Shown in pieces: positions 13,978 to 21,405 of a stretch of DNA of 33,536 bases. The notes below the pieces were generated by a model. The model did no database searches. It saw nothing but the letters and a program-made list of their open reading frames with translations, and was not told the DNA's origin. This DNA is from Candidatus Woesearchaeota archaeon (lineage in GTDB: Archaea > Nanobdellota > Nanobdellia > Woesearchaeales > UBA11716): the NCBI GenBank assembly GCA_013329175.1, contig DUKR01000080.1, forward strand, positions 1 through 33,536. Reading direction: 5' to 3'. The position numbers and the translations under genes are program-made. Numbering within the stretch: position 1 is the stretch's first letter; each line of letters begins with the position of its first letter.

Positions 13978-15011
13978 ACATAGGGCTCCTTAGTCCCTTT
14001 CCTCCAGAAAAGGACGGAATTGCACTCTACTCGCAGGGACTGCTTTCTGCGTTACAGGAGCATGGGGTCAGAGTCACAAGCATAGGCAGGAAGCAAAGTG
14101 AGGCTGACTACCACCTTGACTTTAGGTCACTTCTCCTTGCAAAAAGTATTAAGGGTATTGCGAAGAAGGAAGGCATGGACATCCTTCACATTCAGTATAA
14201 CCCGACTTACTTCTCCAAATTTCTGCTGAACAGTAACATGATTGCATGTCTTAGGGGAAAGGCAAAGGCAGTCGTTACTATGCACGAGGTCAGGTATGGA
14301 GTAAAAGGGATGAAGGAAAGGATTATTGATGGAATTGATAAAAGCATAATCCGGAATGCCAAAGCAGTCATTGTTCATACGCCAAGACAAAAGCAAATGC
14401 TGGAGAAGAGGCACGGGGCAGGCAATGTCCATGTGATATACCATGGTCTCTGCATAAAGAGACCCCCTAAACCCCAAGGAGGCAAAAATCTCCTGGTGTT
14501 TGGGATGATCAGCAGGGGTAAGGGGGTTCCCTATGCAATAAGGGCAATGGAGCACCTGTCAGGATTCTCCTTAACCGTTGCAGGACGGTTCATTGACAGG
14601 CGCGCTGAAGAAGAGGTGAAAGAAGCGCTCTCTACAGCAGAAGGCAACGTTAGGACGGACTTTGGCTGGATCAGCGAAGAGAAAAAGGAGCAGTACTACC
14701 TCAACGCAGACATCGTTATTCTCCCACACCTCTGGGCCCCATACCAGTCAGGCATACTCCATAATGCAGTATCTTATGGAATTCCGGTCGTGGCAACGAA
14801 GGCAGGAGCTCTTGCAGAGATGGCAGAGGCATTTGGATTTGGGGAGATTGTCAGGCAGGGTGACCCAAAGGCTATTGCAGATGGTGTGAGAAGAATCTGT
14901 GACGGGTACAGCACGTATGCGAAAGGCATCATTGGCTATCAGAAAGAGGCTGAATGGAGCCATGTTGCAAGGAAGCATATCAGTGTATTTGAAAATGTTG
15001 CCAAGGAATGA
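13974..15011 (+). CDS. GT4-family glycosyltransferase
   Basis: 345-aa ORF starting at a GTG that overlaps the upstream stop (GTGA). It has the N-terminus MNIGLLSPFPPEKDGIALYS and the C-terminal sequence PYQSGILHNAVSYGIPVVAT. Confidence 0.75.
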   Translation: MNIGLLSPFPPEKDGIALYSQGLLSALQEHGVRVTSIGRKQSEADYHLDFRSLLLAKSIKGIAKKEGMDILHIQYNPTYFSKFLLNSNMIACLRGKAKAVVTMHEVRYGVKGMKERIIDGIDKSIIRNAKAVIVHTPRQKQMLEKRHGAGNVHVIYHGLCIKRPPKPQGGKNLLVFGMISRGKGVPYAIRAMEHLSGFSLTVAGRFIDRRAEEEVKEALSTAEGNVRTDFGWISEEKKEQYYLNADIVILPHLWAPYQSGILHNAVSYGIPVVATKAGALAEMAEAFGFGEIVRQGDPKAIADGVRRICDGYSTYAKGIIGYQKEAEWSHVARKHISVFENVAKE

Positions 15012-15013
15012 AG

Positions 15014-16657
15014 TTAGTATATTCCAGGCAACCAGTTACATGGTGCAAGTATTTCTTTAGCGTTTATCGGCTCAGAAAGATTGTAAAGTATCCTGTTCCC
15101 CTGAATGGTAGCAACGCCGTAAGAGATTGAATTGTTAGCCATAAATTTCTCCAGCCCGTCAGCTATATGCATAGTATAAGGGTCAAAGATGTATGCTGTA
15201 TGCTCATCGTTAGTCATAAGGGATTCTATGGGCCCATACCAGTTAGGGCAGGGGCAAAGGTCACATGAAGCGATGACCTTTTTCTGGGTATAAAACAGTA
15301 TTTTCCATTTAAGGGGATGGGAGGAGTACACTGAATGGATGGAATTATTTTCCAAAAAGTCGATAACGCCAGCAATGGACTCTTTGTCCTTTTCTGCGTA
15401 GGATTGTGCCAGTGGCGGGACTGTTCCAATCAACAGAAGTATAAGGATGCCCATCCCGAGAAAGACTCCCTGCCTGCTATGCTGCACAATAAGTGCGATG
15501 GCATAGGAGATAAGGAGAATAAAAAAAGGGAAGACTGGCGAAAAATGCTTCACGTCTGTCCATCCAGAAAGCATAAATATCATGGCCCAGAAGTATACAA
15601 ACAGGACAAGGATGAGCTCTTTTCTTGCTGTAGGAAACGCAATGGCACTTTCTGAAAAAGGGTTAAGCGAGGAAATAAACGGGAGGAAGTACCTTAGGTT
15701 CAGGATAGAAATGAGCCCAAAAAGCAGGAGAGCCAGGAAATAATACGTCCACGAGTTAAATAGGAGATGGAGGGTGACGGTAAAAAAAGAGGTTATGCTA
15801 AACTGGTTTCGAAGGTTCTTCTCAAAGATGTGGCAGGGGTCAATAATCCGGTCCCCATAGGCCATCTGGCCAGGCAAAAGGTTGTGTTCGCATGCAAATC
15901 TATGGATGGCGTTTCCAGCCATAAAATGCTTAATGTTTGAAAAATTGTGGGTTGCATTGTAATATATCAAGGGGCTGATGGAGACAAGCAGCAGCAGGAC
16001 AAACACCCTAAAGGTTTTCCTTGTATAAAACCGTTTGTCAGAAAGATACCAAATAAACACAAAAAACAGCAAATAAGCAAGAGCATACTCCAGATTCCAC
16101 CATGCTATGCCTACGGTCAGCCCCATAAGGCCTGCTTTAAGCATTGTTCCTTTACTTTTGACAAAAATGTCGTAAGTAAAGATGCCCATCAGCAGAAAGA
16201 AAAAAAGGGTTTCAGGATAGCCTGAAAGGCCCATTACTGAAAGCCTGGTCATGAAGGGGGAGGAAAATGTAAAGAGGGTAAGGGCAAATACTGCAGTGAG
16301 CTTCCCGAAGTGTCTGCTTGCAAAATAATACAGCAAAAAAAAAGTGGCACATGATACCATTACACTTACTAATTTAAAAGATATATCTGATATGCCGAAG
16401 AGTAAAAAGGTAAGAACCGCAAGGTAAGATTCGATGGCTGCTCCGCCAATGTAAGGCTCTCCGTAGATGAAATAGTGAAGTTTTCCCTCTTTAAACGTAT
16501 CCATGGCCATCACCGCAATGGATGCAGGGTCCCCTGCCAGATGCTGCTGTGATGTAAAGAGGAGAGCTAATCTTGTTACTAAAAAAATACCAAAGAGGAA
16601 AGCCACAGCAGCATGAAATCCCGTCGCCCGATGGCCTGGTCGCTTAGCGTGAGGCAT
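15014..16657 (-). CDS. GT-C-fold membrane glycosyltransferase, ArnT/PMT (GT39/GT83)-like (module B)
   Basis: 547-aa polytopic ORF. The first loop has acidic residues (HLAGDPASIAVMAMDTFKEG), followed by a PMT_2-like segment (KLVSVMVSCATFFLLYYFASRHFGKLTAVFALTLFTFSSPFM). The C-terminal soluble domain is about 130 aa. Confidence 0.7.
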   Translation of the reverse strand: MPHAKRPGHRATGFHAAVAFLFGIFLVTRLALLFTSQQHLAGDPASIAVMAMDTFKEGKLHYFIYGEPYIGGAAIESYLAVLTFLLFGISDISFKLVSVMVSCATFFLLYYFASRHFGKLTAVFALTLFTFSSPFMTRLSVMGLSGYPETLFFFLLMGIFTYDIFVKSKGTMLKAGLMGLTVGIAWWNLEYALAYLLFFVFIWYLSDKRFYTRKTFRVFVLLLLVSISPLIYYNATHNFSNIKHFMAGNAIHRFACEHNLLPGQMAYGDRIIDPCHIFEKNLRNQFSITSFFTVTLHLLFNSWTYYFLALLLFGLISILNLRYFLPFISSLNPFSESAIAFPTARKELILVLFVYFWAMIFMLSGWTDVKHFSPVFPFFILLISYAIALIVQHSRQGVFLGMGILILLLIGTVPPLAQSYAEKDKESIAGVIDFLENNSIHSVYSSHPLKWKILFYTQKKVIASCDLCPCPNWYGPIESLMTNDEHTAYIFDPYTMHIADGLEKFMANNSISYGVATIQGNRILYNLSEPINAKEILAPCNWLPGIY

Positions 16658-17402
16658 GGTGAAGTCTCTTTTGAGATATACAAATGAGGCTTATCCCGAA
16701 AGGAAGGAAACATCCTTTGGCAAGAAGGGCATTCTCTATTGACATCAGGTATTTTAATAAGCCATTTGCAAACATTGGAGTGAAGGTTAGTGAGTTTTTA
16801 TGGCCCCCGCCTGAAAAGCGAAGTAGTTTCTGCATAAGGAAGACAGCCATCGCAGGGATACTGAGAAACACATACCTGTAGCTTAGGAAGCGTATGCGAA
16901 AGGGGGAACTCAGCAGCGTTGTAAGCTGTTTTTTTGTATATCTCCTGAAATGATGGGCAAGGTCATCATCACTTGACCAAAGAAAAGGATGTGCCGGGAC
17001 AGTGGCAAGGAAGATGCCCCCTGGCCTGAGGATACGATGCACCTCCCTTATGCAGTCAATGTCTTTTTCAAGATGCTCAAGCAGTTCTATTGCCACGACG
17101 GCATCAAAAGAGCAGTCTGAAAACCGGGATAGGTTTTGAGCATCTCCCTTATACAGTCTGGGGATTTCTTTTTTTTTGCAGGAGGCAAGAGCACGCTCAT
17201 TGATGTCAACGCTCCATACTTTGCCTAATGGATGCAGCGCCAGATAGTTGAACCCAGTTCCACATCCAAGGTCGAGGATGCGAGCCGAGGTTATTGATTT
17301 GAGGTATGGCTTCAGGACTTTTGATAACATGCCCCTTCTTGAATGAATATACCAAAACCCCTCAGAAAATTCGTTATAGGTATCAAAATTGCTTGCTTCC
17401 AT
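16644..17402 (-). CDS. Class I SAM-dependent methyltransferase
   Basis: Motif I is ILDLGCGTGFNY, followed by FDAVVAIELLEHL and LRPGGIFLATVP. The 3' end overlaps the GT-C start by 14 nt. Confidence 0.8.
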   Translation of the reverse strand: MEASNFDTYNEFSEGFWYIHSRRGMLSKVLKPYLKSITSARILDLGCGTGFNYLALHPLGKVWSVDINERALASCKKKEIPRLYKGDAQNLSRFSDCSFDAVVAIELLEHLEKDIDCIREVHRILRPGGIFLATVPAHPFLWSSDDDLAHHFRRYTKKQLTTLLSSPFRIRFLSYRYVFLSIPAMAVFLMQKLLRFSGGGHKNSLTFTPMFANGLLKYLMSIENALLAKGCFLPFGISLICISQKRLHHASR

Positions 17403-17427
17403 TGCAGCGGGATGTAGTTGGCTTGCG

Positions 17428-17435
17428 TTTAAAAA
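17428..17435 (-). promoter_or_regulatory. TATA-like element (TTTTTAAA on the minus strand) overlapping the CE4 stop codon
   Basis: The centre is about 29.5 nt upstream of the methyltransferase ATG at 17402. Confidence 0.35.
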
Positions 17436-18247
17436 GCATTCTCATGTTTCTGCTTTGCAACCGAAATCGCTTCAATGCATGTGGAAAAGGAGTATCCCTC
17501 CGCTTTCAGATGCCTAAGAAGCAGGGAAAGGGTTGAAGCGGCAACACCTGCTTTGTGAGAGTACCATATCTTTTTGGCTATTCCAGCTTTATAGGGCTGC
17601 TTCCTTTGAAGCAGATCAAAAGGATGCAGGTACAAAACCAGAAAAGGCTGCAAAGGGAACAACGAAACTGCTGTTCTAAATAAGGGGATTCCCATAGCAT
17701 TAATCCAGAGCAGCCCAAACGGTAGCTTGAAAGGTGTAAACGTTGAAACGGGAATCTCGCTGAAATTGTCATGGATGGCAAAAGGTTTTTTTGGAATGGA
17801 TGGAGTGTGATACCTCCCAGGGAACAATCCTGAAATAAGCGAGGAATCGTACCTGAAACCCGCTTTTTTTATTACCGTGATGTACCCTTTTGGCAGAATG
17901 TACTGAGGGGCGCGAAAGCCCTGGGGCAACATGCCAAGGCAGGACAAGAAAAGTGAGCGTGCTTCCCTGAGGCTGTGGAGGAATTCCCGTGATGAAAGTT
18001 TGCTCACTGCGACATGGGTCAGGCCATGGCATCCAATTTCATGGCCACTGTCAATAATCTGCCTCATCTCATCCGAATACCTCGGAAGAAGATTGGCACA
18101 CACAAAAAACGTTCCTTTAATGTCCTCCTGCGAGAGTAAAGAAAGAATAGCAGGCAATCCTGCGGTGATGCCTTTATTCTCGCCTTCGACTGATATTCTC
18201 CCTCCCCAGTCTGTCTCAACGTCAACAGTGATAATGGCAGTCTTCAT
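17429..18247 (-). CDS. CE4 (NodB-type) polysaccharide deacetylase, cytoplasmic, ArnD/NaxD-like by context
   Basis: 272-aa ORF with the CE4 motifs TVDVETD (motif 1), GCHGLTH (motif 2) and FRAPQY (motif 3). It has no N-terminal signal peptide or TM segment. Confidence 0.75.
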   Translation of the reverse strand: MKTAIITVDVETDWGGRISVEGENKGITAGLPAILSLLSQEDIKGTFFVCANLLPRYSDEMRQIIDSGHEIGCHGLTHVAVSKLSSREFLHSLREARSLFLSCLGMLPQGFRAPQYILPKGYITVIKKAGFRYDSSLISGLFPGRYHTPSIPKKPFAIHDNFSEIPVSTFTPFKLPFGLLWINAMGIPLFRTAVSLFPLQPFLVLYLHPFDLLQRKQPYKAGIAKKIWYSHKAGVAASTLSLLLRHLKAEGYSFSTCIEAISVAKQKHENAF

Positions 18248-18256
18248 GTCACTACC

Positions 18257-19105
18257 TCACTTTCTTACCAGAAGAGCAATCTGGTCAGCAACAAGGCCGA
18301 ATAGAAATGTCAGCATGCCTGCGATGACAAGAAGAAGGGCACTCTCGCTGGTCTGCAGGGAACTGATGATCCTGTAAAGCAAAAGCGGTATCCCTATGGC
18401 AAAAAGGAGCATGCTGGCAGGAAGAAATACTTTGAGAGGGTTAAATAGCATGGTCATTCTGATCATCAGCATGACAAACCTAAATCCGTCCCTGAAAGGC
18501 CGTATGGAGCTTTTGCCGCTTTTTCTTTCCCTGATAGTGATGGGGACGTAAGTGACGGTATATCCTGCCTTAAAGAGGGCCATGGTAATGGTGGTAGTAA
18601 AGGAGAAAGTGTCGGGAAGCAAATGCATGTATTTGATGACCAGATTTCGTCGTATGAGCCTGAACCCTGAATTGAGGTCAGGGATGGGCCTCTCAAGAAG
18701 GTAATGCGCAAAATGATGAAGAAATACTTTTCCCAGCCCCCGTAGCGCTGAGGCCTGCCTGGAGCGCGCGCCGACAATCATGTCATAGGTACCAAGGGAA
18801 GAGAGAAAAAGGGCAATATCTGCAGGAGCATGCTGCCCATCGCCGTCCATGTACAGGAGGTACTCTCCCTTTGCGGCAATTGCACCAGTCTTCAGCGCAG
18901 CGCCATAGCCCTTGTTATAAGGGTGCCTCATGATATGTATTCCTGAATGCTGTGCTGCAAGGGAGAGAGGAGGGCTTGAACCGTCATCAACGACCATGAT
19001 TTCGTATTTCAGGCCTGACGCCACCAAAATTTCACTGGCAGAAGAAACTACGCTGGGTATCTGTGCAATATCATTATAGCAAGGGATGACAAGCGATAGG
19101 TCCAT
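18257..19105 (-). CDS. GT2 polyprenyl-phosphate sugar transferase, ArnC/GtrB-like, with two C-terminal TM helices
   Basis: Motifs LSLVIPCYND, MVVDDGSSPP, YNKGYGAALKTG and YMDGDGQH. The C-terminal hydrophobic helices are VFLPASMLLFAIGIPLLLY and LLLVIAGMLTFLFGLVADQIALLV. Confidence 0.75.
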   Translation of the reverse strand: MDLSLVIPCYNDIAQIPSVVSSASEILVASGLKYEIMVVDDGSSPPLSLAAQHSGIHIMRHPYNKGYGAALKTGAIAAKGEYLLYMDGDGQHAPADIALFLSSLGTYDMIVGARSRQASALRGLGKVFLHHFAHYLLERPIPDLNSGFRLIRRNLVIKYMHLLPDTFSFTTTITMALFKAGYTVTYVPITIRERKSGKSSIRPFRDGFRFVMLMIRMTMLFNPLKVFLPASMLLFAIGIPLLLYRIISSLQTSESALLLVIAGMLTFLFGLVADQIALLVRK

Positions 19106-19112
19106 GTTCTTG

Positions 19113-20390
19113 TTATAGGCTCAGATAAATGAACCCTTGTTTATTGGCTTCAACAGGCGAATACAAAGATTTGATGTCATACAGGATTGGGGGGGTTGTC
19201 TGGACCTTTTTAATTGCTTCCAATGGCGTGGATGAGAACTGCCTGTGCGGGCTGAAAATGACTATTGCATCAACCTTTTCTCTCGGGGGAAACGATGAGG
19301 GCGCTACCCCAAAATGGGCAGAAATGTGGGAATCAGAAACCAGGGGGTCATGGGCAGTAACCTCACAACCCATGTTTTGCAGCGCTTCAATCATGTCTTT
19401 TGCCTTGCTGTTGCGAAGGTCAGGGACATTCTCCTTGAACGTAATACCCATGAAAAGGACTTTTCTTCCAGAGGGGCTCTTTTTTGCTAACTCATGGTGC
19501 AGCCGTTTGGCTGCGTGGAGTGGCATGTAGTTATTGATGCCTCTTCCAGACAGGATTAATTTAGGGTCATAGCCAATCTTCTGCGCTTTATAGGTAAGGT
19601 AGTAAGGGTCAACGCCGATGCAATGCCCGCCTACCATTCCAGGAGAAAATCTGCAGAAGTTCCATTTTGTTCCTGCTGCTTCAAGCACATCTCTGGTTGA
19701 TATCCCCATTCTTTCAAAAATCAGGGACAATTCGTTCATGAGCGCTATGTTCAGGTCCCGCTGGATATTCTCTATGACTTTTGCTGCTTCGGCAACCTTG
19801 ATGCATGGTGCCTTATGAATGCCTGCCCTGATGGTTGTTCCATAGACTGCTTCCATTTCGCGAAGAGTAGCTTTGTGGTCTGAGGAAATAACTTTTGTGA
19901 TTTTCTCCACGCTGTGCTCTTTATCTCCAGGATTTATTCTCTCTGGAGAATACCCCACAAAAAAGTCAGAGTTCGACATCATTCCTGAATGCTTTTCCAG
20001 CTCAGGGATGCAGATCTCTTCTGTGGCTCCTGGGTATACCGTGCTTTCATACACTATGATGCTGCCTTTCTGCAGTTTTTTCCCAATAAGCCCTGATGCG
20101 GAAATAAGGGCAGTGAAATCAGGCTCGTTATTGATGGTAATGGGGGTGGGGACGCAGACCACAATAAAGGTTGAGGATGAAATGACGCCTTCGTTATTGC
20201 TGTACCTCAGAGATGATGCTTTCAGCTCTTCTGAAGAAACTTCACCTGTTGAATCATGATACTCCTTAAGCTCGCTGATCCTCAGGGCATTAATGTCAAA
20301 ACCAACGGTCTCAAAGTGCCTGGCAAAAGCCAAAGCAAGAGGGAGCCCTACATACCCCAGGCCAACAACGCAAAGCTTATGACGTGGCAT
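19113..20390 (-). CDS. Nucleotide-sugar 6-dehydrogenase, TviB/WbpO/WecC-type (probably UDP-N-acetylhexosamine dehydrogenase)
   Basis: 425-aa ORF with the N-terminal sequence VVGLGYVGLPLALAFA and the catalytic Cys context MVGGHCIGVDPYYLT. That context is typical of the UDP-HexNAc dehydrogenase branch rather than the GGSCFPKD of UDP-glucose dehydrogenases. Confidence 0.75.
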   Translation of the reverse strand: MPRHKLCVVGLGYVGLPLALAFARHFETVGFDINALRISELKEYHDSTGEVSSEELKASSLRYSNNEGVISSSTFIVVCVPTPITINNEPDFTALISASGLIGKKLQKGSIIVYESTVYPGATEEICIPELEKHSGMMSNSDFFVGYSPERINPGDKEHSVEKITKVISSDHKATLREMEAVYGTTIRAGIHKAPCIKVAEAAKVIENIQRDLNIALMNELSLIFERMGISTRDVLEAAGTKWNFCRFSPGMVGGHCIGVDPYYLTYKAQKIGYDPKLILSGRGINNYMPLHAAKRLHHELAKKSPSGRKVLFMGITFKENVPDLRNSKAKDMIEALQNMGCEVTAHDPLVSDSHISAHFGVAPSSFPPREKVDAIVIFSPHRQFSSTPLEAIKKVQTTPPILYDIKSLYSPVEANKQGFIYLSL

Positions 20391-21333
20391 TGTACCATTT
20401 CAGCGTGAGTTGTAACCCCTTCCTTACGTCAACTTTCGGGGAAAAACCGAGAAGATTTCTTGCTAATGATATGTCCGCAGGGTTCGCCGCAACTTCTCCT
20501 GGGAGGGGATCAAGATAAGATACTTTGGCTTTCCTGCCCATGGCCTCCTCAAGCATTCCAATGACATCGTTGATAGCCACGTCTTCTTCGCTGGACACGT
20601 TGAGCGTGAGGCCATTTGCGCTGTCAGCCAATGCTGCACGAATAGTGCAGTCCACTACGTCTGAAACGAAGGTAAAGTTGCGCCGCTGCGACCCATCACC
20701 GTAAACTTCAACTGGCTCTTCCCTGCTTATTCTGGACATAAACTTCGGAATCACTGCAGCATAAGGTATTACTCCAAGCTGGCGTGGGCCATAGACTGAA
20801 AAATACCTCAGAGAGACTGTAGGCAGCCCATAGAGCTCGTAGTAAATGCGGGCATATTGCTCACCACTCAGCTTTGCTGCACCATAGGGATGGGTTGGCC
20901 TGACAGGGTCGCTTTCCCTTCTCGGGAGCAGGCTGGATGAGCCATACACTGATGAGCTTGAGATATTGACTACTTTCTTTACGTTTGACTTTCTGGAAGC
21001 TTCCAGAACGTGGAGGGTGCCTGTTGAGGTTATGGCATGGGACAAAAGGGGATCATTGACAGACTTCATTGCCCTGTTCATTGCAGCGAGGTGGAATACG
21101 AGGTCTTTGGATTTGCAGGCAGCAAGAACAACTGGAAAATCGGTGACAGAGCCTTTTAGGATGTGGACTCCCTTCTTTTCCAGAGGTTTTGCATGGGCTG
21201 TTGTTATGCTAAAGTCATCAAGAACCGTAACGTCATTTCCCATTCCTGCAAGTGATTCGCTTAAATGGCTCCCGATAAATCCTGCCCCTCCGGTAACAAG
21301 GATTTTTTTATTGCAACATGAGGAAGTGCTCAT
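20377..21333 (-). CDS. NAD-dependent nucleotide-sugar epimerase (extended SDR; TviC/WbpP-like by context)
   Basis: 318-aa ORF with KKILVTGGAGFIGSHL and YGAAKLSGE (YxxxK). The 3' end overlaps the dehydrogenase start by 14 nt. Confidence 0.7.
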   Translation of the reverse strand: MSTSSCCNKKILVTGGAGFIGSHLSESLAGMGNDVTVLDDFSITTAHAKPLEKKGVHILKGSVTDFPVVLAACKSKDLVFHLAAMNRAMKSVNDPLLSHAITSTGTLHVLEASRKSNVKKVVNISSSSVYGSSSLLPRRESDPVRPTHPYGAAKLSGEQYARIYYELYGLPTVSLRYFSVYGPRQLGVIPYAAVIPKFMSRISREEPVEVYGDGSQRRNFTFVSDVVDCTIRAALADSANGLTLNVSSEEDVAINDVIGMLEEAMGRKAKVSYLDPLPGEVAANPADISLARNLLGFSPKVDVRKGLQLTLKWYNATS

Positions 21334-21358
21334 AGCAATCTATCGTGCATGGAGTCCG

Positions 21359-21366
21359 TTTATATA
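21359..21366 (-). promoter_or_regulatory. TATA-like element (TATATAAA on the minus strand)
   Basis: The centre is about 29.5 nt upstream of the epimerase ATG at 21333, within the 72-nt gap downstream of the AsnB-like gene. Confidence 0.4.
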
Positions 21367-21405
21367 GTTTTCCAGCCATTATTTGGCAAGCGATGCGCAA
21401 GGCAG

